The notes: generated from the letters alone by a model not told the origin. Shown: positions 9,367-18,494, counted from the stretch's first letter. The stretch is DNA of 64,000 nt from Thermodesulfovibrionia bacterium (GCA_030694425.1 JAUXYI010000034.1:31298-95297); one strand, 5' to 3'. Translations and numbers: made by a program.

Positions 9367-9581
9367 CAGTCACCAAAATATTCGATATCTCTCATTGTCT
9401 GCCTTAACAACCTGCTTACAGGGGGGAATTCAGTAATCCCCTGAATAATTCCGAGTACTATCGCCTCAAACATTATTGAATTATAACAGAAATATTTTCA
9501 AAGAGATTATTAATTTCATTTTTTATTCCTTTTTGTTAAACTCTTTTCGGGGGGAAGGGAGGATTTGAAAGGTATTTTTAA

Positions 9582-9845
9582 ATGAAAGATACAAAACAGC
9601 AGCCTTCCCAAAAAAAAGAGGCGAAAAGGGAATTTTTCCGTTTGCTCGGTGTTGCGAGCACAGTTGGAATAAACCTTGTCATAAGCACATTTATTGGTCT
9701 TGCAATTGGCTGGCTGCTGGACAATAAGGTTTTCAATACATCTCCGTGGTTTACTATAATATTTTTGATTCTGGGAATTGCAGCGGGCTTTAAATATTTA
9801 TTCAAGATTGTTTCAAAAATAGATAACAATAATTCTGAAAAATAA
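9582..9845 (+). CDS. AtpZ/AtpI-like small membrane protein
   Basis: 87 aa, two TM helices (LLGVASTVGINLVISTFIGLAIGWLLD...TIIFLILGIAAGF), typical of the ATPase_gene1 family. Confidence 0.55.
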   Translation: MKDTKQQPSQKKEAKREFFRLLGVASTVGINLVISTFIGLAIGWLLDNKVFNTSPWFTIIFLILGIAAGFKYLFKIVSKIDNNNSEK

Positions 9846-9862
9846 GAAATTCCCCTTTTAAG

Positions 9863-9952
9863 TCCCTCCCTCTTGATGGGGGAGGGTTAGGGTGGGGGTG
9901 ATTAAGGTTTTATTTTCACCCTCCCCTTCATCCCCTCCCATCAAGGGACGGG
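9863..9952. repeat. family C G/C-rich palindromic repeat
   Basis: tccctccctcttgatgggggagggttagggtgggggtg ... caccctccccttcatcccctcccatcaagggacgg. Second copy at 59253-59345. Confidence 0.6.
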
Positions 9953-9976
9953 AAGCGAAGGAGTTATTTTACTAAT

Positions 9977-10327
9977 ATGGAAATTCTGAAAAGGGTAATC
10001 CATAAAAGCATTTTCATCATCTTGCCGTGTGCAGTAATATCTGGCTTCTATGAGTGGAAAAAACTGCCTTTAGGTATCATAGCCGGAGGATTATTTGGCA
10101 TTTTAAACCTGCGAGGGTTAGTACGGAGTGTTGAGGGTTTTATTAATTCTAAGATGCTGTCGGCAAAGTTGATATTAATGAGTTTTACGCGGCTATTTAT
10201 ATTATTTTCAGCGATTTTTATCCTTTTATGGTTTAAAATAATCAATGTCTTTGGCTTGCTTTTTGGTTTTACTGTGGTCTTTATTTTGATTCTTGTTGAA
10301 GGGATGAAAGTAGCGAAGTCAAATTAA
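9977..10327 (+). CDS. small polytopic membrane protein (ATP synthase protein I-like)
   Basis: 116 aa with 3-4 TM helices, directly after the AtpZ-like gene. Assignment rests on context only. Confidence 0.4.
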   Translation: MEILKRVIHKSIFIILPCAVISGFYEWKKLPLGIIAGGLFGILNLRGLVRSVEGFINSKMLSAKLILMSFTRLFILFSAIFILLWFKIINVFGLLFGFTVVFILILVEGMKVAKSN

Positions 10328-10420
10328 AAATTAAAATGCAAAATGTAAAATTAAGGAATTCTTTTAAATTTTATCTAATTCTTTCTTCCATAATTTTGAT
10401 TTTTAAATTTTACATTTTTT
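10328..10420. repeat. family E AT-rich palindromic repeat
   Basis: aaaatgcaaaatgtaaaattaaggaatt...ttccataattttgatttttaaattttacatttt. Arms aaaatgtaaaatt / aattttacatttt. Confidence 0.55.
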
Positions 10421-10431
10421 AGGGGGTTTTA

Positions 10432-11772
10432 ATGATAACCTTTGATTTTACTAACATGATGTCAGAAGCTGTTGGCAGAAACGGAGTAAACACTGATGAT
10501 ATAAATTCCCTTAAGGAACAATTGGAAATTATTCATTCCGATATAGTAAAAAGACGACTGCCGGAGATGTACTTCCTTGATTTGCCAAATCAGGACACTG
10601 ATGATATTAATGCCATGGCAGACAATATAAGAAGTAGTTCTAAATATTTCTTACTCCTCGGCATCGGCGGCTCAGCGCTTGGCCCGAGGGCGCTGCTTGA
10701 TGCACTAAAGCCTTTTTATAATCTGAACCACTCTCCCAAAATCTTTATTTATGACAATGTAGACCCAAGCACTCTTACAACAATTTTATCTTTAATTGAT
10801 TTAAAGAAAACTGTTGTAAATGTTATTACAAAATCAGGCAGCACTGTTGAGACAATGAGTTCTTTTCTAATTTTAATTAATGCCCTTAAAAAAGCTCACG
10901 GAAAGAATTTCTCAAAATGGATTATCGCAACAACAGACCCTGAAAAAGGCATCCTCAGGGAGATTGCGGAAAAAGAAAATTTTAAAACCCTGCCGATTCA
11001 TCCTCATGTCGTTGGACGCTTCTCTGTCCTAACTCCCGTTGGCTTGCTGACCGCTGCTGTTGCAGGAATTAATATAAAAGGTATTCTTAAAGGCGCCAAG
11101 GATATGCTTATGAAATGTGCGGGGGAGAATCTGTGGAAAAATCCTGCGTATATATGCGGAGCCCTGATGTACCTTATGGAAGAAAAGAAGAAAAAAAATA
11201 TATCTGTGCTCCTGCCATATTCAGACAGGCTGAAGGCATTTTCAGAGTGGTACTGCCAGCTCTGGGCAGAGAGTCTGGGAAAAAACAATAAGGGACAGAC
11301 TCCATACCCTTCAATAGGCGTAACCGACCAGCATTCCCAGCTTCAGATGTGGATGGAGGGACCAAAAGATAAAGTAATAACATTTATTGATATCCTTGAT
11401 TACGGTGATGATATCGCTATTTATGACGAGGATATAAAGTCGCTCGGCTACCTGAAGAATCATACCCTCGGAGAGCTTATCAGGGCAGAGCAAGAGGCAA
11501 CAGAGCTCGCACTTGTTAAGGCAGGGATGCCAAGTATGAGGCTCAACGTGCCGAAGATAGATGCCTACTATATGGGCCAGCTATTCCTATTTTTTGAACT
11601 TGTAACTGCTGTAACCGGAATGCTCCATGGAATAAATCCTTTTAACCAGCCCGGCGTAGAAGAAGGCAAGAATCTAACTTATGGAATAATGGGGCGCAAA
11701 GGATATGAGGATAAAAAGAAAGAAGTTGTTGAATACAGAAAGAAGATAAAAAATTCAAAGTATAAAATATAA
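10432..11772 (+). CDS. pgi: glucose-6-phosphate isomerase
   Basis: GIGGSALGPRAL sugar-isomerase motif, and the length fits short-type PGI. Confidence 0.9.
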   Translation: MITFDFTNMMSEAVGRNGVNTDDINSLKEQLEIIHSDIVKRRLPEMYFLDLPNQDTDDINAMADNIRSSSKYFLLLGIGGSALGPRALLDALKPFYNLNHSPKIFIYDNVDPSTLTTILSLIDLKKTVVNVITKSGSTVETMSSFLILINALKKAHGKNFSKWIIATTDPEKGILREIAEKENFKTLPIHPHVVGRFSVLTPVGLLTAAVAGINIKGILKGAKDMLMKCAGENLWKNPAYICGALMYLMEEKKKKNISVLLPYSDRLKAFSEWYCQLWAESLGKNNKGQTPYPSIGVTDQHSQLQMWMEGPKDKVITFIDILDYGDDIAIYDEDIKSLGYLKNHTLGELIRAEQEATELALVKAGMPSMRLNVPKIDAYYMGQLFLFFELVTAVTGMLHGINPFNQPGVEEGKNLTYGIMGRKGYEDKKKEVVEYRKKIKNSKYKI

Positions 11773-11785
11773 AGAAAATAAGAAT

Positions 11786-11918
11786 GTCATTGCAAGTCCC
11801 GACACTTCGGGACGAAGCAATCTCGAAAGATGAGATTCCTCGCGGAGTTTATCCTGAGTGAAACAGCGAGATTCTTCGCTACGCTCAGAATGACAAAGAG
11901 CGAAGGGCTCGGAATGAC
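11786..11918. mobile_element. family B MITE-like element, single-unit reference copy
   Basis: gtcattgcaag-tcccgacacttcggga-cgaagcaatctc...ggagtttatcctgag...gctcagaatgaca...gggctcggaatgac. Same module order as the copy inside mnmE. Confidence 0.65.
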
Positions 11919-11933
11919 AGTTTTGGGGGGCAA

Positions 11934-12506
11934 ATGAAACAAAAGCTTATTAAATTAATACTTGCACGTTCATTTAAATTTACCAAAAAACCGACATTCA
12001 AGCTTGCCTCAGGCAAAAAGAGCAATTTTTATTTTAACTGTAAGCCCACCACACTTAGTCCTGAAGGCATGCTTCTTATAGGAAATCTCCTATATAAACT
12101 TATCAGAAAGGAAAAAGCTTGGAAAGCAGTAAAAGCTATTGGCGGGCTTACCCTTGGCGCTGACCCTGTGGCAAATGCAATAGCATATACATCTCAGATT
12201 AAAGGAAAGCCTTTAGAGGCATTTGTCGTAAGAAAAGAGCCCAAGAAACACGGCACTATGTTGTGGATAGAAGGATATGTAAAAAAAGGTGATAAGGTTT
12301 TGATTGTAGAAGATGTTATCACAACTGGCAACTCTACAATAAATGCTATTAACCGGGCAAAACAATGCGGGCTTAAGGTAATGGGCGTGGTTGTGCTCAT
12401 TGACCGGCAGGAAGGCGGAAGAGAAGCAGTCGAGGCAATAGGATTACCTTTCAAGGCATTACTGACAAAAGAAGAGATTTTCAAGGCTTATAAGAAAATG
12501 ACATAG
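11934..12506 (+). CDS. pyrE: orotate phosphoribosyltransferase
   Basis: PRPP loop VLIVEDVITTGNS; LASGKKSNFYFNCK. Confidence 0.9.
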   Translation: MKQKLIKLILARSFKFTKKPTFKLASGKKSNFYFNCKPTTLSPEGMLLIGNLLYKLIRKEKAWKAVKAIGGLTLGADPVANAIAYTSQIKGKPLEAFVVRKEPKKHGTMLWIEGYVKKGDKVLIVEDVITTGNSTINAINRAKQCGLKVMGVVVLIDRQEGGREAVEAIGLPFKALLTKEEIFKAYKKMT

Positions 12507-12650
12507 AATAAAGCAGTATATAGTACCTTCGCTTAATTCCTCCTTGCTATAACGTTATTATATCTGAATACCTGATTACACAGGTTGAAATTTTTTACAC
12601 AAAAAAACTAACAGTAACTCAAACATGAAAACCGGACATTTCTATTTTGG

Positions 12651-12932
12651 CTTGACAAATAAGGAGTAATAAATGTTAGCTAAAATTTAAAAGTGAACTC
12701 TTTAAGAATTAAAAGTGAACCGCATTTTCTTTAAGAAAGTAAACATTATTCATTCTCAATAAACTTACGTCATGCCCGAAGTTCTTAATCGGGCATCCAG
12801 TATATTTGCTTAATGTCTGGATTCCCGCTTACTGACTGCGGGAATGACAAATAATGTAGCATTACTTGTGAACTTCCTAATATTCAGGTGTTCACTTTTA
12901 ATTTTTAATTGACAGTAAGGAGTAATAAATTG
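12651..12932. mobile_element. composite nested repeat upstream of ftsH
   Basis: ~24-bp direct repeats ttgacaNtaaggagtaataaat (12651, 12907) enclose 12-bp inverted repeats ttaaaagtgaac/gttcacttttaa (12686, 12890) and a family A core (12769-12848). Confidence 0.5.
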
Positions 12933-12992
12933 TAAATACAAAAAGAAATATGTTAATCTTTAAAAAGTGGGGATTTTTATGGTCATTAAAAA

Positions 12993-14927
12993 GTGAGGAG
13001 GTTTTTTATTTTGTATAGAAGCATAATCATATGGGTTTTGTTTGGTTTGATGATGATACTCGTCTTCAACCTTTTTAATGTTCCTAAGAGTTCAGAAGAA
13101 ATGATATTTTCTGATTTCATGACAAAGGTCGAGAATGATGAAGTAGCAGAAGTAACTATAAAAAAACCAGAAAATTTAATCATTGGAACACTGAAAAACG
13201 GGACAAAATTTAGGTCTTATATTGCTGATGATCCTGACCTTGTAAAAGTTATGCGAGGGAAAGGAGTAAAGATTACAGCGAAACCCGAACAACACCCCTG
13301 GTATATGGAACTTCTCATGAGCTGGGGGCCGATTATTTTCCTTGTGATTATATGGGTAGTCTTTATGAAGCAGATGCAAACAGGCGGCAGCAAGGCATTA
13401 TCCTTTGGCAAAAGCAGGGCGAAACTCATGTCCGAAAAAGGGGTAAAGGTTACTTTCTCTGATATAGCCGGTATTGAAGAGGCAAAAGCAGAGGTTCAAG
13501 AGGTAATAGATTTTTTAAAAGACCCCGGTAAATTTCAGAAACTCGGCGGTAAAATACCGAAGGGGGTGCTGCTTATTGGGGCACCGGGCACCGGCAAAAC
13601 ATTACTTGCAAAAGCTATTGCTGGTGAAGCAGGGGTTCCATTCTTCTCCATAAGCGGTTCTGATTTTGTAGAGATGTTTGTGGGGGTCGGCGCTTCAAGA
13701 GTAAGGGACCTTTTTGATCAGGCGCAGAAAAATGCGCCGTGCATTTTGTTTATTGATGAAATTGATGCAGTGGGCCGCCATAGAGGCGCGGGCTTAGGCG
13801 GCGGGCACGATGAACGCGAACAAACCTTAAACCAGCTTTTAGTTGAGATGGATGGTTTCAACCCGAATGAAGGGGTAATAGTCTTAGCTGCAACAAACAG
13901 ACCCGATGTCCTTGACCCTGCGCTTTTAAGGCCGGGCAGATTTGACAGGCAGGTTGTTGTTCCTCAACCTGATGTAAAAGGCAGGCTCGAAATAATTAAA
14001 GTCCATGCAAGAAAAATACCCCTTGCAGAAAACGTAAATCTTGAAGTTCTTGCAAGAGGAACCCCGGGATTTTCTGGCGCAGACCTTGCAAACCTTGTTA
14101 ATGAAGCAGCTCTTCTTGCAGCAAAACAGTCCAAGAGCAAAGTTGAAATGAAAGATTTTGAGAATGCAAAAGACAAAGTCATGATGGGAACAGAAAGGAA
14201 AAGTATGATATTGTCAGAGACAGAGAAACGCAATACCGCACACCATGAAGCAGGTCATGCACTTGTTGCTAAATTAACACCAGGGACTGACCCTATTCAT
14301 AAAGTAAGCATAATCCCCAGAGGCATGGCGCTCGGAATTACGCAACAGCTTCCGATAGACGACAGATATACATATCCAAAAGAGTATCTACTAAATACTC
14401 TATCGGTATTACTTGGTGGAAGGGCAGCGGAAGAGGTCTCCCTTGGTCATCTGACCACCGGGGCCGGCAACGACATTGAAAGGGCAACTGAGCTTGCGAG
14501 AAAAATGGTATGCGAATGGGGTATGAGTGAAAAATTAGGGCCTCTGACCTTTGGTAAAAAAGATGAACTGATCTTCCTCGGAAAAGAAATTGCAAAGCAT
14601 AAAGATTACTCCGAGAAAACAGCAGAAGATATAGATGAAGAGATAAAAAGATTTGTTACTGAAAGATATGAGTATTCAAAACATTTGCTCATGGAAAACC
14701 GTCAACTTCTCGAAAAAATTGCAGCAGCCCTGCGCGAAAAAGAGACCCTTGATGGAGCTGAGATAGATGCCATAGTTGAAGGAAGGGAACTCACCGCTGC
14801 TGAACCGGCAAAAACAGACAAAGGCGCTGGTACAGAGGCGAATATTTCTCCTGTAATCCAGAAAACAGAGAGTGATTCACGGGCAAAACCCAAAGGAATG
14901 AGTCCCGTACCAGAAGCAGCAGGGTAA
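12993..14927 (+). CDS. ftsH: ATP-dependent zinc metalloprotease FtsH
   Basis: Walker A GAPGTGKT and HEAGHAL zinc motif. The true start may be the TTG at 13011, after AGGAGG at 12996. Confidence 0.95.
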   Translation: MRRFFILYRSIIIWVLFGLMMILVFNLFNVPKSSEEMIFSDFMTKVENDEVAEVTIKKPENLIIGTLKNGTKFRSYIADDPDLVKVMRGKGVKITAKPEQHPWYMELLMSWGPIIFLVIIWVVFMKQMQTGGSKALSFGKSRAKLMSEKGVKVTFSDIAGIEEAKAEVQEVIDFLKDPGKFQKLGGKIPKGVLLIGAPGTGKTLLAKAIAGEAGVPFFSISGSDFVEMFVGVGASRVRDLFDQAQKNAPCILFIDEIDAVGRHRGAGLGGGHDEREQTLNQLLVEMDGFNPNEGVIVLAATNRPDVLDPALLRPGRFDRQVVVPQPDVKGRLEIIKVHARKIPLAENVNLEVLARGTPGFSGADLANLVNEAALLAAKQSKSKVEMKDFENAKDKVMMGTERKSMILSETEKRNTAHHEAGHALVAKLTPGTDPIHKVSIIPRGMALGITQQLPIDDRYTYPKEYLLNTLSVLLGGRAAEEVSLGHLTTGAGNDIERATELARKMVCEWGMSEKLGPLTFGKKDELIFLGKEIAKHKDYSEKTAEDIDEEIKRFVTERYEYSKHLLMENRQLLEKIAAALREKETLDGAEIDAIVEGRELTAAEPAKTDKGAGTEANISPVIQKTESDSRAKPKGMSPVPEAAG

Positions 14928-15012
14928 CTCCTAAAATTTAATTTTTCTTCAGCGCCCACTTTTTATATTCCTTTTCTAATTGCCGCACTTTTCTACTTTT
15001 GTACCTTTCCCT

Positions 15013-15096
15013 CTTCCGCGCCTCGCTGTCTTGCCTTTTTTGAGTGTGGGGGATAAGATAGGGTGGAATTTGAGATATAAGAAAATAGGGGATGTG
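15013..15096. repeat. direct repeat copy A, interrupted by a MITE
   Basis: cttccgcgcctcgctgtcttgccttttttgagtgtgggggataagatagggtggaatttgagatataagaaaataggggatgtg. Roughly 90% identical by eye to 15411-15517. Confidence 0.7.
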
Positions 15097-15217
15097 GAGC
15101 TTGTCTAAAAACTAACGAGTTGTCATTCCCGTGAAAACGGGAATCCAGTAATTTCAATAGGTTCTGGATTCCTGCTTCCGCAGGAATGACGAAAAAAAGG
15201 ACTTTTTAGACAGGCTC
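15097..15217. mobile_element. family A MITE with outer terminal inverted repeats
   Basis: Outer TIRs gagcttgtctaaaaa / tttttagacaggctc; core gtcattcccg..gggaatccag...ctggattcctgc..gcaggaatgac. Flanked by a tgtg duplication relative to the uninterrupted copy B. Confidence 0.7.
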
Positions 15218-15410
15218 TGTGTCCCTAATTTACTAATTTAATCTCCATAGTACGTTGAAACATGATGTAATATTTTATAACCTATATTTAAGATAAATTG
15301 TAACAAATTATAACCTGTTTTTGAACAACAATGTAATAAAACAGAAGATTCTTCAGCCGTTCCTCTTAAAACCATTCAGCCGGCTGGAACGGTTTTTCAA
15401 CACTTCCGAA

Positions 15411-15517
15411 CTTCCGCGCTTCTTTGCCTCGCTGTCTTGCCTTTTTTGAGTGGGGAGGGATAAGATTGGGTGAAATTTAGGATATAAGAAAATAGGGGAT
15501 GTGTCCCCCATTTACCC
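15411..15517. repeat. direct repeat copy B, uninterrupted
   Basis: Aligns with 15013-15096 plus 15218-15240. Overlaps the 3' end of ORF 15477-15749. Confidence 0.7.
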
Positions 15518-15749
15518 ATGCCCCATTTACCCAAATCAACTGTTCTTCAATTCCGGGCAAGTCCGACCATTTGATATCGAAGTATTCTCGTACCCGCTCC
15601 AAAGTAGTGGCTAACTCATAGTCTTCTGTATGACCACGGTACACCCATTTGCCTGAACTCTTTGATAATTTCTTTATTTGTTCAATAAATTCATCCCATT
15701 TTTTGACTTGTTCATTTGCAAAATTGATACCTGCAAGAACCGCTTTCAT
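15477..15749 (-). pseudogene. truncated FRG-domain-like gene fragment
   Basis: 90-aa ORF with KWVYRGH...ELATTLER, resembling the N-terminus of FRG-domain proteins. The last ~14 codons are encoded by repeat copy B. Confidence 0.35.
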
Positions 15750-16057
15750 TTGCTTCTCCCACCACGAGACCTGCGATAACCAGCCTTTTCTGCTTCCACT
15801 CGCGATTTAAAGCAAACGCGATTGTCCTTCTTTTTGTCTTTATTTTCTTCGAGCATCTGACCATAGTTTCGGTCTCCAGGAAGATGGTAGATGTGCGTCT
15901 CTGAGTTTCCGACCACGGGGCATTCATTTTCTGTGGAGTACTGTCCGGTCCCTTGCCGTTCAGACTGTGTGGTCCCATGCCGTTCAGTTTGCTCGCATGC
16001 TACCGAACTGGCGCTAAGTACCAGCGCAACAATCAAATGTCTCCATTGCTCCTTCAT
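15746..16057 (-). CDS. small secreted or lipoprotein with sunset/Ada-like C-terminal motif
   Basis: Signal/lipobox-like LVLSASSVAC. C-terminal IYHLPGDRNY...CFKSRVEAEKAGYRRSR resembles the YHxPGxxxY...FxSxxEAxxAGYR pattern. Confidence 0.45.
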   Translation of the reverse strand: MKEQWRHLIVALVLSASSVACEQTERHGTTQSERQGTGQYSTENECPVVGNSETHIYHLPGDRNYGQMLEENKDKKKDNRVCFKSRVEAEKAGYRRSRGGRSK

Positions 16058-16153
16058 TTGCCTCTTCCATGCGCATAACGTCCGCCATAACCGGCAGTAA
16101 AAAGTGGCGCGACGTAGGAGCGCCGCTTTATGGGGTCCGAGTTGATGCCATTG

Positions 16154-16822
16154 TTATGCATTTCTTGCCTTCCAGTACTCTGACTCTAGCCAGGAGCACA
16201 AAGTCTCGACTTGGGAAACTGCCTCAAATATTTTCGCCTTTGTTGATGAAACAGATGGCGGTAACCACCAAGAGATGGCGTTTTCATCGTCTGTCTCAGC
16301 CAAGGCTAATTCGGACTCTTGGGCAAAGAACGGACGCGGGTATTTTTCTAGATCATTTTGACCGTGGTGAATATTCAAGCTAGTAATTTCTTCTGGATGC
16401 TGCACGCGATTACGGGCGAGCGCAACCTGTTCAACTACTTCTAAATCCGCAGGACACTCTTTCATCGGCAATTCTAATTGATTAAATATCTCCCTGTATC
16501 CATTGAACCATCCGTTTTTCTTGAAATTTACCTCGAATGTCATTCCATGATCTTGCTTTAGGCGTCTTGCCCATTCTTTGAGAAATAGTTGCAATGAAGA
16601 CGCAAGCATAGACAGCGCAGCATGACCTACCGCCTCGGTACCTGTTTTTGCTTCTATCCATTCTTCCAAAAACGGAGGCTCTGGGTCTTCACTATATGGA
16701 GGAACAAATGGTTCTTCTCCCTTTTCAATAGCAAGAATCATTTTCTCGAACGACAACGAGGCATGCTCATAAAAGTAGCGTATGAACTCTGTTCTGTTTT
16801 TGAGAAAGAACTCAATATCCAT
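16154..16822 (-). CDS. hypothetical protein with HEPN-like Rx4H motif
   Basis: 222-aa ORF in the visibly more G+C-rich segment. The motif ALARNRVQH fits Rx4H. No other family recognised. Confidence 0.5.
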   Translation of the reverse strand: MDIEFFLKNRTEFIRYFYEHASLSFEKMILAIEKGEEPFVPPYSEDPEPPFLEEWIEAKTGTEAVGHAALSMLASSLQLFLKEWARRLKQDHGMTFEVNFKKNGWFNGYREIFNQLELPMKECPADLEVVEQVALARNRVQHPEEITSLNIHHGQNDLEKYPRPFFAQESELALAETDDENAISWWLPPSVSSTKAKIFEAVSQVETLCSWLESEYWKARNA

Positions 16823-16973
16823 GCCTATATCTTTATTGCATAACGCTAAGCTCAGTGAATCGAACTACTGAATAACTTCAAAAAGCAAAAAACTGATTTG
16901 CAGACCTCAAATTATCACCTGCCCAAAAAGCGCCGTGTGGTTCGATTTCACTGCACGTTGTTAGAGGTCATTT

Positions 16974-17648
16974 TTAATATGGAAATTTTGATTCTTCAGG
17001 AAATTTGCTACCACTTCCAAACTCCATAAAACCTTCTTCTTCTCTTTGAGCCATAATCCATTTCAGACCTCTTTTAAAATATCGCGTATAAATTACCTTG
17101 AATTTAAGATTATCATTTTTTTCATCTAAATCAGGACGACATGCTACTTTCAAAATTTGAGGTGATGATGGGTTGACTATCTTCCAATCTGTTTTCAGAG
17201 ATTTCATTAAATGAATCAGTAGCTCTTCTTGCGTAGCCTCATTGATTGCAGTTACCCACTCTATGTTTGCGTTAACAACCTTGAAGAATTGTGTCTCGAT
17301 ACCGTTATAACTTCCAAATCCAATGCTTCTATCTACTGAATACTCAAACCACATTGGGGATTCCTGAATTTCTTTTGCGGGCCTTATCGATGGATAATCA
17401 AGAGGTTCCGAGGTAATGACTGTCCTGGATTTAGACACAATCTGAATAAATGCCTTATGCCCATCACGAGAAGCATAAATTTCAAGGTCTCCATCAACAC
17501 TATTGACGCTCTCCGTCAGAACATATTTTTCTTTTAAAGAATAACCAGTGGGAATAGACTTTTCAGCTCTGGCACAAACTGTTTCGAGCAGTATTATCAT
17601 AAGGCTAAAATTAAGAATCGTAATAACCTGTTTATGAATACGTGTCAT
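16974..17648 (-). CDS. hypothetical secreted protein
   Basis: 224-aa ORF with an N-terminal hydrophobic signal (ILNFSLMIILLETVCARA). Bracketed by a perfect 13-bp inverted repeat. Confidence 0.55.
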   Translation of the reverse strand: MTRIHKQVITILNFSLMIILLETVCARAEKSIPTGYSLKEKYVLTESVNSVDGDLEIYASRDGHKAFIQIVSKSRTVITSEPLDYPSIRPAKEIQESPMWFEYSVDRSIGFGSYNGIETQFFKVVNANIEWVTAINEATQEELLIHLMKSLKTDWKIVNPSSPQILKVACRPDLDEKNDNLKFKVIYTRYFKRGLKWIMAQREEEGFMEFGSGSKFPEESKFPY

Positions 17649-17964
17649 ATTTTGACCTCTAACAATTAATATACCAAGTTGGTATTTTCTTACTTAATAT
17701 AATGGATACTATCATATATTCTTAGAGAATTCAAAAAAAATAATTCTTAAATCAAGGGGAAAGGATTTAATGTTTTTTTTGTTAGCGAGGGTCTTTGATC
17801 TTGAATTCTGCCAAGCCATTCAACATTGACAATCCACTTCCCCAAGCATTTATTCTGAAATAAACTTAAAAGACTGGAAAGAGCTTGAAGCGAGCCCCTC
17901 AGTTGTTAGCTGTTTTATCGCTTTAAATATCGTATAATAAGCACTAAGAAATCATAGAGGATTT

Positions 17965-18279
17965 GTGGGCAAAAAAGAGTTTACAAAACAATTAAGCCAA
18001 GAGGGTGACAGGTTAAGGATAAGAATCCATGCTGAAAAAGGCAAGGTTGTTGACATAGTTGTCCAGTATGAAGCAAAAATAAACGATAAATGGTATCCTA
18101 TTGTAAGGTATGATTGCTCACACGGATATTTTCACCGCGACATTTTGAATCCGAAAGGCGAGAAGATAAAGCAGCCGATTGATATACCTAATCTGAAAAA
18201 TGCCCTGACGTATGCGGAACAGGATCTTAAAGACAGATGGGAATGGTATAAAGAACGGTTTAAGAAGGAGATTAGGTAA
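17965..18279 (+). CDS. small hypothetical protein (first gene of a TA-like pair)
   Basis: 104 aa, GTG start after GAGGA; VRYDCSHGYFHRD His-rich motif. Its stop overlaps the next start (TAATG). Confidence 0.5.
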   Translation: MGKKEFTKQLSQEGDRLRIRIHAEKGKVVDIVVQYEAKINDKWYPIVRYDCSHGYFHRDILNPKGEKIKQPIDIPNLKNALTYAEQDLKDRWEWYKERFKKEIR

Positions 18280-18494
18280 TGACTAAAAAAGAGTATGTAA
18301 ACAGGAATATCGGGATGGTCTTTGATTTTATACGTCAAGCTGTCGATAATCCAGAGATTCTAAATATTGTTCCAAACGGTGCAGAACTCGATTTTATAGA
18401 TAAGGATATGCCCTTTAAGGCTAAAGAGCCGCTAAAAGGGGAAAAGGTTGCCAGGTATAAAGTAGAGCATATATTTGAGCCTATTAAAGGCTGA
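18279..18494 (+). CDS. small hypothetical protein (second gene of a TA-like pair)
   Basis: 71 aa, translationally coupled to the upstream ORF. No family recognised. Confidence 0.45.
   Translation: MTKKEYVNRNIGMVFDFIRQAVDNPEILNIVPNGAELDFIDKDMPFKAKEPLKGEKVARYKVEHIFEPIKG

Noticed and set aside
9578-9829. 83-aa minus-strand ORF opposite the AtpZ-like gene
   Set aside because: The plus-strand frame gives a clean two-TM protein of a known small-protein type with an upstream GGAGG-like sequence. The minus-strand frame has no such features.
15712-16383. Overlapping ORFs 15712-15978 (-), 15891-16100 (+) and 16069-16383 (+)
   Set aside because: They overlap each other and the better-supported 15746-16057 and 16154-16822 ORFs. 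They lie in GC-shifted DNA, where long spurious ORFs are expected, and show no motifs.
16935-16952. GGTTCGATT T-loop-like sequence suggesting a tRNA or tRNA fragment at the island edge
   Set aside because: No acceptor, D or anticodon arms can be built around it on either strand.
16958-17665. GTTAGAG / CTCTAAC arms considered as integron attC core sites (GTTRRRY / RYYYAAC)
   Set aside because: They do not fit the consensus at the Y/R positions. They lie 680 bp apart around an ORF rather than forming one 60-140-bp attC, and no intI or cassette array is present. The feature is kept only as an inverted-repeat observation.
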